Shown here piece after piece: positions 9,330 through 19,076 of a stretch of DNA of 64,000 bases. The stretch spans positions 12,718 to 76,717 of IMG/VR virus record IMGVR_UViG_3300045971_000385, one strand, 5' to 3'. A program made the translations under genes and the position numbers. This stretch comes from a virus. Below the pieces are notes generated by a model, which was not told the origin of the DNA, did no database searches, and saw only the letters and a list, made by a program, of their open reading frames with translations. Within the stretch, counting starts at the first letter, position 1; each line of letters opens with the position of its first letter.

Positions 9330-10215
9330 TTTTGAAGCGAGAAAAATATTAAATGTAGATAAAAATGCTACTGATGAAGAGCTAAAGAAAGCATATCGTC
9401 GATGCGCAATGGACTTCCATCCCGATAGACCAAATGGGGATGCAGTAAAATTTAGAAATGCAAAAGGTGCATATGATTTTCTTTTAGATAATAAAGATGT
9501 AAAAGAAGAAGCACAATATTCTTGGACTCAAGAAAGTAAACCATCTCCATCACCAGGATTTAAACGTGGCAAACGCCCAAAGCTAGATGATTTAGATGAT
9601 AGTGGATGGATGGGCAGTGGCGATTTCGCAAAGAGCTACAAGTCCAATAGTCAAGGATTTAATGCACCAAGTACCTGTAAAGAATATGTAGACATTTCAT
9701 TAGATGAAGCATTTCGTGGTACAAATTTTAAGAAAACCGAAATATTAGATTCAAATGGATCTAACATTATAATCAATATTCCACGTGGGGTAAAGGAAGG
9801 TGATTATTTATCTGAAGTTGTAGTTGGCCGTAATGGTCATATGTCTCAGACTAAATTTATGTTCTATGCGAGAATAGTAAGTAGTTTTAATATCACATTC
9901 GAGCATGCTAATAAATTGTTAAATGGTGATATTGAAAAAGACTTAGAGATTTCTCCTTTCTTAATGATTGTCGGTGGAACAGTAACTATTCGTGCAATTG
10001 ATGACACTATGATTGAGGTTACGATTCCTGCAGGCCTTGGTGCGAATAAATTGCTTAGATTAGAAGGTAAGGGTTATTGGACAGATGAGACATGTAGGTC
10101 GAGGGGTAATTGCTATTTTAGGGTAGTACCAAGAATTAAAAAACTTAATGATATAAGTGCCGATGAAATGAGGGAGTTTCTAGATGCAGTTAAAACAAAA
10201 TATTCTAACATATAA
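9322..10215 (+). CDS. Second DnaJ-like co-chaperone
   Basis: [39 protein letters not shown]. Confidence 0.9.
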   Translation: MNSFEARKILNVDKNATDEELKKAYRRCAMDFHPDRPNGDAVKFRNAKGAYDFLLDNKDVKEEAQYSWTQESKPSPSPGFKRGKRPKLDDLDDSGWMGSGDFAKSYKSNSQGFNAPSTCKEYVDISLDEAFRGTNFKKTEILDSNGSNIIINIPRGVKEGDYLSEVVVGRNGHMSQTKFMFYARIVSSFNITFEHANKLLNGDIEKDLEISPFLMIVGGTVTIRAIDDTMIEVTIPAGLGANKLLRLEGKGYWTDETCRSRGNCYFRVVPRIKKLNDISADEMREFLDAVKTKYSNI

Positions 10216-10753
10216 TTATTATGGACTAGCTAAAATAATAAGTGGCGGGCAATGGGGTGCAGATAGGGGCGGCTTAGAAGCTGCTAAAGCATTTGGTGTT
10301 GATACTGGTGGTTGTGCTCCTAAGGGCTGGAGAACAAGTGCAGCCCCCGCACCCGAGCTTGCAGACTTTGGGCTAGTTGAAAATAATTCTGAAGACTTTG
10401 CCAATAGGACTAGAATAAACATAAACCTTTCGGATGCAACTATTATTATTGCGACCAATATTAATTCTCCTGGTACTAGATTAACAATTAGACTGTGTAA
10501 ATTATATGGAAAGCCGTTTCATGTTGTTGACATAGATAATTTTAAGACCAACAAAGAAGATGAAATTAGTTTACTAACAGATTTTATAATTGGTACTGCA
10601 CCAGTGGTTGTAAATGTTGCTGGCAATAGAGATTATCCTGATCGCTCTGGAAACATTATTCTGATTCACGGACTATTAGCATTTGATATTATGACTAAAT
10701 TATTCAAACAGCTACGAGAACTAAAAAAGCTGATATTAATTAGCGATAAATAA
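10184..10753 (+). CDS. SLOG-superfamily protein (putative molybdenum-carrier / YpsA-like)
   Basis: [45 protein letters not shown]. Confidence 0.85.
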   Translation: MQLKQNILTYNYYGLAKIISGGQWGADRGGLEAAKAFGVDTGGCAPKGWRTSAAPAPELADFGLVENNSEDFANRTRININLSDATIIIATNINSPGTRLTIRLCKLYGKPFHVVDIDNFKTNKEDEISLLTDFIIGTAPVVVNVAGNRDYPDRSGNIILIHGLLAFDIMTKLFKQLRELKKLILISDK

Positions 10754-10789
10754 ATTCATCAATATATAACAAATAACAACAGGATATAA

Positions 10790-11737
10790 ATGGAACAGAC
10801 TTACCTAGAATATCAAGAGCAAGCATACCTTGACTTGCTTAAGAAAGTATTAGAAACTGGCGAAGAAAAAATTGATCGTACTGGAGTAGGTACGAAATCA
10901 TTATTTGGAACTTCACTTAAATTTGATCTAAGTGAAAAGTTTCCAATGTTAACAACAAAAAGAATTTTTGTTAAACCTGTATTTGGTGAATTGCTTTGGT
11001 TCCTGGAAGGATCCGGAGATGAAAGACGCCTAGCAGAAATTACTTATGGCACTCGAGACAAAGAACGAACTACTATTTGGACAGCCAATGCTGAGGCTTC
11101 ATATTGGAAACCAAAAGCTGCATATGAAGGTGATCTGGGGCGAGTATACGGTGTGCAGTGGCGTAAATGGAGAACAACAAAGCTCTCTAGTATTGGTGAT
11201 ATTGTTCATCATATTGATGGTGGATATACTGTATTTGATACTAAGGCGACTGTTACTGAACTGGATCAGATTGCCCAAGTAATTAATTCACTTAAAAATA
11301 ATCCAGCAGATCGTCGTATGATGATTACAGCTTTTAATCCTGGTGAGATTGATCAAATGGCATTACCTCCATGCCACATGTTCGCACAATTCCATGTTAA
11401 TCAGCAAACTAAAAAACTTAATTGTCAAATGTATATGAGGTCAGTTGATTTATTTTTAGGATTACCTTTTAATATTGCTTCTTATGCTCTCTTAACAAAA
11501 ATGCTGGCACATGTAACTGGATTAACTGCAGGTGAATTGACTATCGCTATGGGTGATACGCACATTTATCTAAATCATTTAGAGCAAGTTAAAGAACAGT
11601 TGTCTAGAACACCATATGAAATGCCTACAGTTACATTAGATGAATCAATTACCAATATTGATGATTTTAAAATGGAACATATCAAGCTTAATGATTATCA
11701 ATATCATCCAGCAATTAAAGCCCCGATGGCTGTATAA
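10790..11737 (+). CDS. thyA: Thymidylate synthase
   Basis: DRTGVGT, ELLWF, GRVYGVQWR, ALPPCH, RSVDLFLGLPFNIASY (dUMP-type Asn), GDTHIY. Confidence 0.98.
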   Translation: MEQTYLEYQEQAYLDLLKKVLETGEEKIDRTGVGTKSLFGTSLKFDLSEKFPMLTTKRIFVKPVFGELLWFLEGSGDERRLAEITYGTRDKERTTIWTANAEASYWKPKAAYEGDLGRVYGVQWRKWRTTKLSSIGDIVHHIDGGYTVFDTKATVTELDQIAQVINSLKNNPADRRMMITAFNPGEIDQMALPPCHMFAQFHVNQQTKKLNCQMYMRSVDLFLGLPFNIASYALLTKMLAHVTGLTAGELTIAMGDTHIYLNHLEQVKEQLSRTPYEMPTVTLDESITNIDDFKMEHIKLNDYQYHPAIKAPMAV

Positions 11738-11747
11738 GGAATATAAA

Positions 11748-12149
11748 ATGTTTAAACCTAAAGATGATTTGTCAAAACAATTAATGCGCAGCATCCCTAA
11801 GAAGATGGCCGCTCTATTTGATAGAATGAATCTAAAACAAAATGTTGATTATTCTAGCGAGTTTATTTCTTGGTTTGTTTCACCTAAAAATGGATGGGTT
11901 ACATTTAATCTTCCAGATTCAGGTGATGAATTATTTAAAATAGAATGGACTGGTAATTATCTTAAGCCTAGAAATATTCAAGGTAGTGATAAACGCTTTG
12001 AACACCTTGCTGATAATCTTGAATTCTTAGTGGCTGTTGAAAGATCAATTTATAATAATCTCGAAAAGCTCATACCGAAGATTGAAAATAGTGCTCTTAA
12101 AATTGCTAATAAATTAATTAGTCAACGAGAAACACGCAATGAAGGATGA
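11748..12149 (+). CDS. Hypothetical protein (start revised from 11640)
   Basis: AAGGA RBS before ATG at 11748. Confidence 0.7.
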   Translation: MFKPKDDLSKQLMRSIPKKMAALFDRMNLKQNVDYSSEFISWFVSPKNGWVTFNLPDSGDELFKIEWTGNYLKPRNIQGSDKRFEHLADNLEFLVAVERSIYNNLEKLIPKIENSALKIANKLISQRETRNEG

Positions 12150-12588
12150 TCTTTTAGTTCACCATTTTAGAAATATATCAAAGACTCCTCAAGGGGAGTT
12201 TTATGATTTACCTTATGGTGGTGCTTGTATTTTATCAAGAGAATTTGCACCAAATAAATTTTCTTTTTGGATGTACATTGTTTCGCATAAAGCAATTTAC
12301 TATGGTGAAGAATTCGCTGAAACATTAAAAAGAAATTTAGCAGATATACCGGAACCGTATGGCACTATCGATTTTGATGGTGATCGTGGCGATGATCTTA
12401 TGCATACTATTGTTTCTTTTATGCTTCGTAAAACTAGTCGCGAAGATTCTTTTGAATCAAAACAGGTATATAGTACACTATCCTTATTATCTATATCACA
12501 TGGCTATCCATGTGATCAAAGAGATTTTTCATGGCTTCTAGATAAGCTGAAAATAGAATATCCAGGAGAAGCAAAAAATGAAAGCTAA
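12139..12588 (+). CDS. Hypothetical protein
   Basis: Overlapping operon ORF. Confidence 0.65.
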   Translation: MKDDLLVHHFRNISKTPQGEFYDLPYGGACILSREFAPNKFSFWMYIVSHKAIYYGEEFAETLKRNLADIPEPYGTIDFDGDRGDDLMHTIVSFMLRKTSREDSFESKQVYSTLSLLSISHGYPCDQRDFSWLLDKLKIEYPGEAKNES

Positions 12589-13078
12589 TATTTTATTTGG
12601 TAATATTCTAAGTGCTCGAGGGATTATTGTTCAGGGCTGCAATTCTCAGGGAGTAATGGGATCTGGATTAGCTAAAGATATTCGAGAAAAATGGCCATTA
12701 GTTTTTGATGTTTATGCTGACCACTTGAAAAGTAAAGATTTTAATTCAGGTACTGTTTTGGGGGATATCATTCCATTTCTCCCAAGTAATCAAGATGCAA
12801 TTATTATGAATTGCATTACTCAGGAATTTTACGGGCGCGATACTAATATTAAGTATGTTAGCTATAAAGCTATTGACATAGCCTTTAGGAAAATCTATAG
12901 ATGGATTAATGAAGCTAAGGCAGCGGGCGTTCTTTCTTGTTTAGATATTAATTATCCACTTATAGGCGCTGGTCTAGCTAATGGCGATTGGTCAGTCATA
13001 TCAGCAATCATTGATAATGTTGCATCTGAGGAAGATCCAGGCAATTATATCAAACGAACTTTATGGATTAAAGAATGA
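12578..13078 (+). CDS. Macrodomain protein (ADP-ribose binding/hydrolase)
   Basis: IVQGCNSQGVMGSGLA, TQEFYG, PLIGAGLANGDW. Confidence 0.9.
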   Translation: MKANILFGNILSARGIIVQGCNSQGVMGSGLAKDIREKWPLVFDVYADHLKSKDFNSGTVLGDIIPFLPSNQDAIIMNCITQEFYGRDTNIKYVSYKAIDIAFRKIYRWINEAKAAGVLSCLDINYPLIGAGLANGDWSVISAIIDNVASEEDPGNYIKRTLWIKE

Positions 13079-13335
13079 GCAAATATGTCTGTAAGCACTG
13101 TGGCAGTACGAGCATATTAAAAGTTCATGGTAAATGTTCCGATATGTGTAATGTCCAACATGGATCATTTGTTGAAGTAGATGGATATGTTCCAAGAGGA
13201 TTAGGAATTGGCGGTGGAGATTATTTAGAATTTGCTTTCTGTACAGAATGCGGTATGAAGCATGATTATAAGTATATTTCTCCTAAAGAAATTTTAGAAA
13301 TACTTGCACCAACTAAGGATAATGAAGATGAGTAA
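13075..13335 (+). CDS. Small Zn-ribbon protein
   Basis: CKHC, KCSDMC, GYVPRGLGIGGGDY, CTECG. Confidence 0.7.
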   Translation: MSKYVCKHCGSTSILKVHGKCSDMCNVQHGSFVEVDGYVPRGLGIGGGDYLEFAFCTECGMKHDYKYISPKEILEILAPTKDNEDE

Positions 13336-13942
13336 TTACACAACAAAGATTGGTTTATTTGGTACTTGCGGTAACAGTACATGGCGTGATGCATTTATTG
13401 AACAATACAATAAATTTGAAGTGGGTTTTTTCAATCCTCTTGTTAAAGATTGGGATCCATCATTAGCTGAAATAGAAGCATGGCATTTATCAAATGATGA
13501 AATCATTTTGTTTCCTGTGACAGATGAAACTTACGGGGTAGGTAGTTTAGCTGAGATTGGATTTTCAGTTTTATCTTCATTAAAACGTGAATTAAACAAA
13601 CATGTTATAATTTACATTGCTCCTAAGGTTGATGAATCTAAATTAGCTGCAGTTGATAAGCAGGCTGTAAAAGATTCTAATAATGCACGAGCTTTGGTTC
13701 TAGCCCACTTAAAAGCAAATCGGATGTCAAACATACACATCGTTAATAGCCTTTATGAAATGCTTGAGCTAAGTATTGTATTGTATGCTTCTGCAGAATT
13801 GCTATCCCTTGTTAAAATTCCAAACTGGCAGACTGGTATTCATTCGAGTCAGCTCAGAGAGATCATTAATATGATCGATCATACTAAAGAATCAGTTGTA
13901 ACTCGTAATGAAGATATTAAAGCCGGTGTGCCGCGATACTAA
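13328..13942 (+). CDS. Nucleoside 2-deoxyribosyltransferase-like (deoxyribohydrolase fold) protein (start revised from 13304)
   Basis: LFGTCGNSTWR, FFNP, E...L..DEIILF, GSLAEIG. Confidence 0.7.
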   Translation: MSNYTTKIGLFGTCGNSTWRDAFIEQYNKFEVGFFNPLVKDWDPSLAEIEAWHLSNDEIILFPVTDETYGVGSLAEIGFSVLSSLKRELNKHVIIYIAPKVDESKLAAVDKQAVKDSNNARALVLAHLKANRMSNIHIVNSLYEMLELSIVLYASAELLSLVKIPNWQTGIHSSQLREIINMIDHTKESVVTRNEDIKAGVPRY

Positions 13943-13958
13943 GTCAGAGTAACAAATC

Positions 13959-13991
13959 AATAAATAAGCTTATATTCACTATGAGCTTATT
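13959..13991 (+). promoter_or_regulatory. Late promoter AATAAATA overlapping a 12-bp hairpin over the translation initiation region
   Basis: AATAAGCTTATA-ttcac-TATGAGCTTATT (13963-13991) ends immediately before the ATG at 13992. Confidence 0.7.
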
Positions 13992-15668
13992 ATGTTAAAA
14001 TTATTACAAGAAGCAAGTACACTTAGCATGCCAGATATCAAAAAGGCTATGTCTAAGGATAAGCAAGCATCCCTCATATTCAAGAAAGATTTAACACTCG
14101 ATAAAATCGATAATGTTGAATCTTTTCTTTCATCTATAAAATATTATCTTTTAAATAACGATAATATCCACTCATTTATTAAATCACGCAACAATATAAA
14201 AGACGTAGATACTTCTTATTTGGCTAGCGTTCGCAAAATGAGAGCTGAAAAATTCAATCAGGAAGAATTAGATCATTTAAAACAATTTGTTTCAGATCTG
14301 TTTAAAGAATATAAGACTGTTTCTAATGGAACAATGTCATCTGATCTCAAAAAAGAAATAACAAAATGGGTGAATAGTAATAGTTCCTATTTTAATTTTA
14401 CTCACTGGGCGCAAAAAGAATTACAATCGCTACCAGCAATAAGGCCAACAAAGAAAGTTGTGCTTTATAGAGGTGTATTGTTTTCAGAATATTCTTTAAA
14501 ATCTAAAATTGATACATACGATGGTTCTTTAGAAGAAGGTAATGGCGCGAAGTTTTTAAAATCAATAAGAGATGATAATAGAACTGTCGATTTAACATGG
14601 GATAGAGCATCAAGCTGGACATCCGATAAATCTGTTGCTGAACAGTTTGCAAAATATGGTGCTGCATCTTCGCAATTTGGTGCAATGTTACAATGGTTTG
14701 ATAGAAATAAATCTAAGAAATTCATAGATGGTTCTCTAGGTTATGTCATATCAACTTTAGCAGATCCAGCAGATATTCTTATAGATATGAATATGATGTC
14801 TGCCTCTATCCATTCGGCTCATGGCAATGAATCGGAAGTTATTATGAATCCTGGAACATATCTTTGCCGAGTAGTTAGAAAGTTTACAGTAGAAGGCGAA
14901 GTTGATCCGGATACTGTTCCTTCTGTTGAAAATATTGACAATATAAAGGGAGCGTTAGAGCTTCTTGATACCTTTGTTAAAGAGATCAAACTCCCAGATG
15001 AAGTTGAACTATCGTATATGGGCTATCATGGCAGTGCTTCTATCTTATCGAATGATAATCTTAAAAAATTAATACTTAATAGCTCAACAACAATTGCTAC
15101 ACATTATCTTGATAAATTTTTAGGCTTCTATAGAAAACATCTTAATGATATCCCAGATTCAGATTTAAGAGCAGATAGATTCAGTGATCCAATTATAGCT
15201 AGAAGAGCCAGTGCTCTAAAAGATCTTATTAGAGAATTTAAATCACCGATTGTTCATGCTAAATTTAAAGATAATCCTAAAAGCAAAGGTAAGACACATG
15301 AATTGTCTGCAGAAGAAATTCGCAAAAATTTTAATAATGCTGATATAGAGTATCTTGAACAGAATTTGTTAGTAAAGGGTATTATTACTAGTGATGCCGC
15401 CGCTAGATTGCTTGTTGAGTTAGGCAGGGTACTAGATGTTCCATTACCAGCAGCACATGTTATAGTTAGAATGGGTAATGCAAAACAGAGTGAATTAATA
15501 AAGAAAGTATTGGATAAATTTTACAATAAGGTTGGAGTTTATGAACCCGCTGATAAGCATGAATCAATAAAAACAATGATCAATTTATTAAAGAAAGCTA
15601 ATAGAAACAATGCTACTCTTAATTTTATAAATAAGATTTACAAATCAATGGAACAAGTAAATGCTTAA
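13992..15668 (+). CDS. Putative ADP-ribosyltransferase-domain protein (R-S-E type), possibly packaged like T4 Alt
   Basis: VVLYRGV, ASSWTSDKSVAEQFA, HGNESEVIM; late promoter; N-terminus MLKLLQE. Confidence 0.6.
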   Translation: MLKLLQEASTLSMPDIKKAMSKDKQASLIFKKDLTLDKIDNVESFLSSIKYYLLNNDNIHSFIKSRNNIKDVDTSYLASVRKMRAEKFNQEELDHLKQFVSDLFKEYKTVSNGTMSSDLKKEITKWVNSNSSYFNFTHWAQKELQSLPAIRPTKKVVLYRGVLFSEYSLKSKIDTYDGSLEEGNGAKFLKSIRDDNRTVDLTWDRASSWTSDKSVAEQFAKYGAASSQFGAMLQWFDRNKSKKFIDGSLGYVISTLADPADILIDMNMMSASIHSAHGNESEVIMNPGTYLCRVVRKFTVEGEVDPDTVPSVENIDNIKGALELLDTFVKEIKLPDEVELSYMGYHGSASILSNDNLKKLILNSSTTIATHYLDKFLGFYRKHLNDIPDSDLRADRFSDPIIARRASALKDLIREFKSPIVHAKFKDNPKSKGKTHELSAEEIRKNFNNADIEYLEQNLLVKGIITSDAAARLLVELGRVLDVPLPAAHVIVRMGNAKQSELIKKVLDKFYNKVGVYEPADKHESIKTMINLLKKANRNNATLNFINKIYKSMEQVNA

Positions 15669-17004
15669 ATTATTATGCGAGATTAATGAAATTGCTAGTA
15701 TACCAGAACTACTGCTATTAGAAGATCAACTGTCAACTGATGCGCTAGCTAAACAGATAGTCGTTCAATTAAAAGATGCTGGTATTGAAGCTGCTTCCAT
15801 TTTTAAAAAATCATCTGGCACAGTAAGACATGTAAGATTAAAATCAGAAGATCCAGTATCAGCATTTAAATCAATTAATGTAAAATTGGATTTGATGCCA
15901 GGTTCAAAAATAGCAACTGGAAAAGCTTCCAATCAAACATTCTTAGCAACACTATCCAAATCAAGTGGTGATTTTAAGAAGGGTGATACTTTCTATGTTG
16001 TTAATACATATTCAGCTGGGTCCAAGATTGGAAGTAAATTACTTACACCATCTAAATTAGGCTTAGAGGCAGAAGATTTTATTGCTACATCTAAAATTAT
16101 GTCAATGACTAAAGCCGCATTGAAAGATTTAGAATGCTTTTCTCCAGAAGAGCTACAATATTTTACGAAACTATTATCTTTAGGTAAAGCAGATACGCAT
16201 GAAATCGTCGCCCCAAGTACATTAAGTACTGATGACTTAAATAGAATTGGTATAGACTTTGGTGAAATATTTGGGGCTGTTTGGTATTCAAAAAAGACTG
16301 GGATGGGAAACATATTATTTCCTAAAGGAAATAATCCTTTAATTGATTTTGAATTAAGTGACGGAACAAATGAGAAGATGGTGTCTTCAAAATCTGGTAC
16401 TGGTGCCCCTCCATCTTTAGATGCTGTTATGACCCAAATTGAATTAGATAAAAAATACTTCAATAAAAAATACGGTAAAAATATTGTTGATGCTTTATTG
16501 TTAATACAAAATTCATCTACTGTAGATGGTCCATTACTAGCAGCTCAGGCATTAGATACTCCTGGATATAAAAAGCTTTCTAGCATGATGAAATCAACTG
16601 ACATGTCTTCTGCATCTGTTGAAAGATATCTAGCTAAATTTGAAACTAAAGAAGATCTAGTTAAAGCTATGGCTCCATTCTTTAAATTAATAAAGAGAAA
16701 TACATCAGATGAATCACTAAATATTATCTTCAACCAAGGTCAACGTCGCATCGGCATAGTAACTGCTCAATTAGCAAACTATCTATGTGATCTGTTTAAT
16801 TATGATGAAGATTATACAATTTTTAATGACTTATTAAATGAAGCTGTTAGAAGAATAAAAGTAGATCAGCTTTATACGAACGTCAAATCTGATGGTATTG
16901 AGTTTATTATGAAGGCTTTTGAGACAGGTACCTTCAGCTGGATAAATAATAGTAGCACCCGAAAGCCTTCTTTAAAGAAAATTGCTTTCAAAATGTCAAA
17001 GTAA
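15661..17004 (+). CDS. Hypothetical protein, possible PD-(D/E)XK nuclease-like fold
   Basis: DFGEIFGA...FPKGNNPLIDF...VSSKSG; N-terminus MLKLLCE. Confidence 0.4.
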   Translation: MLKLLCEINEIASIPELLLLEDQLSTDALAKQIVVQLKDAGIEAASIFKKSSGTVRHVRLKSEDPVSAFKSINVKLDLMPGSKIATGKASNQTFLATLSKSSGDFKKGDTFYVVNTYSAGSKIGSKLLTPSKLGLEAEDFIATSKIMSMTKAALKDLECFSPEELQYFTKLLSLGKADTHEIVAPSTLSTDDLNRIGIDFGEIFGAVWYSKKTGMGNILFPKGNNPLIDFELSDGTNEKMVSSKSGTGAPPSLDAVMTQIELDKKYFNKKYGKNIVDALLLIQNSSTVDGPLLAAQALDTPGYKKLSSMMKSTDMSSASVERYLAKFETKEDLVKAMAPFFKLIKRNTSDESLNIIFNQGQRRIGIVTAQLANYLCDLFNYDEDYTIFNDLLNEAVRRIKVDQLYTNVKSDGIEFIMKAFETGTFSWINNSSTRKPSLKKIAFKMSK

Positions 17005-17027
17005 GTTTTAAATTATAAGGATGTAAG

Positions 17028-17210
17028 ATGGACAAAAATGATTATCTAGAATTTCAGCCTAAACGTCAATTAGATAAAAAGAAGCGTCATAAATCTGGCT
17101 TCAATGAAAATGTTCAGGATGACAGAAAAGCGAGAATAGGCTTTAAGAATTACATTCGTCAAATAGAAGAAGAAGATCTTCTAGAAGATGACGATGAACA
17201 GGATGAATAA
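17028..17210 (+). CDS. Small charged hypothetical protein
   Basis: AAGGA RBS; basic N-terminus, acidic C-terminus. Confidence 0.65.
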   Translation: MDKNDYLEFQPKRQLDKKKRHKSGFNENVQDDRKARIGFKNYIRQIEEEDLLEDDDEQDE

Positions 17211-17701
17211 TGATTATTGTTCCCATCGCAAAAGACCTCATCGAGACAGATGATGGAAAATATCGTGTTATTGAATATACAAATTTCAAATCGGGCGGTC
17301 CAGCTGTCTACGTTAAAGTAAACGGCACAAAAGATATCATCATAATTTACTTTTTTGATATTAAATCTATCAATGGAACTAAAGTTGAGTATCAATCATC
17401 ATCTAAATGCTTCAATGCTTTAGGTAAGATTGCCAGAGAACAGCATCTACCACAACCTGATGATAAAATAGTTGTATTAACTGATGGCATAGATGATGAA
17501 GATTTGAAAGAAACATCCGAGGTTGTTGGTGTTAAATTAAAATCTAAATCATTAGGCGCAAATAAGGGTATGTTTGTTAAGGATGCTAATGGAAAGTATT
17601 TCAGACTAAAACAAATTCTAGATATAAAACCATCTTTAGGTGGTAATTCATTTGATAGAGATTTATTCCTGTCAATTTATAAAGATTACATTGGGGTTTA
17701 A
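17210..17701 (+). CDS. Hypothetical protein
   Basis: TAATG coupling. Confidence 0.7.
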   Translation: MIIVPIAKDLIETDDGKYRVIEYTNFKSGGPAVYVKVNGTKDIIIIYFFDIKSINGTKVEYQSSSKCFNALGKIAREQHLPQPDDKIVVLTDGIDDEDLKETSEVVGVKLKSKSLGANKGMFVKDANGKYFRLKQILDIKPSLGGNSFDRDLFLSIYKDYIGV

Positions 17702-17704
17702 AGC

Positions 17705-17890
17705 ATGGCAAAAATATTAGGCAATGATGTTGTCACCACAGAAGAATTTAATAATTTTAAAGCTTCATTCTTGGTACCTCATATTAATAAAACAAACGGT
17801 CTTATTGCTAAATTGAAAATTTTTGCAATAGGTTTTGGAGTCATGGCTTCTGCGCTAGCTGTTATAGTGGTTTTATTGATAAATAAATAA
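17705..17890 (+). CDS. Small protein with C-terminal TM helix
   Basis: IFAIGFGVMASALAVIVVLLI. Confidence 0.65.
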   Translation: MAKILGNDVVTTEEFNNFKASFLVPHINKTNGLIAKLKIFAIGFGVMASALAVIVVLLINK

Positions 17891-17911
17891 ACGACTACTT
17901 ACGGGTTTCCC

Positions 17912-18133
17912 ATGTCTAAAAAATTCGGTTTCATTTCTCACATAGTAGAAGATTCTATATCTCCTAAGATAAAATATCAAGTATTTGAGGCAGAGTTGGG
18001 CTTTGAACATGCTGAAGTTTTAATACCATTTGATAAGGCCGATGACTTCGTTAAAGAATCAGAATCATTAGCTCCTAAAAGTTTAACAGCATTATCTAAA
18101 ATTGCTGCTAAATTTGGAGGAAGCATTAAATGA
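17912..18133 (+). CDS. Hypothetical protein
   Basis: Preceded by ATAAATA; ATGA-coupled to the next gene. Confidence 0.65.
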   Translation: MSKKFGFISHIVEDSISPKIKYQVFEAELGFEHAEVLIPFDKADDFVKESESLAPKSLTALSKIAAKFGGSIK

Positions 18134-18999
18134 GTGTGTTACAATTATTTTCAAACAACGGTGTTTCATTACTTAACGCCGATATAACAGCATTTGACTT
18201 AACGATAGTATTACAACCTGGGGCTGGACAGCATTTTCCAAGACCATTGCTTCCCGGTGAATTCTTTTTAGTTACGTTAGAAGATTTAGCTTCACCATCC
18301 ATAAGAGAAATAATTAAAATAATTGGAAGAACGGGTGATATACTCTTCATTGATCCTGCAGGTAGAGCATTTGAACAAACAATAGCAAGAGCTTGGCTTG
18401 CAAATGATACATTAGTTGATCACAGGGTAACCGCTGAAACAATGCGACAAGCATTCCTTCAGCCAGTTTCTTCTGGTTCTGGTACACCGGGTCCTAAGGG
18501 GGATACTGGAGATACTGGTCCTAAAGGCGATGTCGGCGAACAAGGTATTCAGGGTGAACCCGGACCTAAGGGAGACACTGGTAGTCAAGGCCCTAAGGGT
18601 GACACTGGAGATGTAGGACCTCAGGGTCCTAAAGGAGATCCAGGTACCGGTACTGGAGGTGGTGGCTTGACGCCAACAGATCCAATAGTCGTTGAGCATG
18701 GTTGGACAGTACCAATTATCGACATTACATATTCAGACTTTAAGCGTGGTAATAAATTTTGGGTAACAGTCTATGATGCAGCAAGCGGTTTTGCTGAAAC
18801 ATTCGAAGTACTAACGGTCATTCAGGGACATCTATCTGCTAACACAGAAATAGTTACTTGGGCAAAGACTAACAGAATAGGACATAAATTTAATGGAGAT
18901 ATATTATTAACGTTAGATCAACCATTAAATAAATTAACATTTTCCTGGATTAACAATGAACCTGTAACAGATGTTATAGTCACTCTAATCCACATATAA
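18130..18999 (+). CDS. Collagen-like fibre/structural protein
   Basis: About 18 Gly-X-Y triplets between globular N- and C-terminal domains. Confidence 0.85.
   Translation: MSVLQLFSNNGVSLLNADITAFDLTIVLQPGAGQHFPRPLLPGEFFLVTLEDLASPSIREIIKIIGRTGDILFIDPAGRAFEQTIARAWLANDTLVDHRVTAETMRQAFLQPVSSGSGTPGPKGDTGDTGPKGDVGEQGIQGEPGPKGDTGSQGPKGDTGDVGPQGPKGDPGTGTGGGGLTPTDPIVVEHGWTVPIIDITYSDFKRGNKFWVTVYDAASGFAETFEVLTVIQGHLSANTEIVTWAKTNRIGHKFNGDILLTLDQPLNKLTFSWINNEPVTDVIVTLIHI
18481..18642 (+). repeat. Collagen Gly-X-Y repeat (GPKGDT type)
   Basis: [54 protein letters not shown]. Confidence 0.9.
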
Positions 19000-19076
19000 T
19001 ACATAACATATAGCAATTCAATAAATAATTTATTATTCAAACAGCTCTAATTTAGAGCACTAAAAAGGGAGTCCTT

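Noticed and set aside
10790-11737. Thymidylate synthase as a dCMP hydroxymethylase for DNA hypermodification
   Set aside because: It has the canonical PFN (dUMP-specific Asn) and other ordinary ThyA motifs
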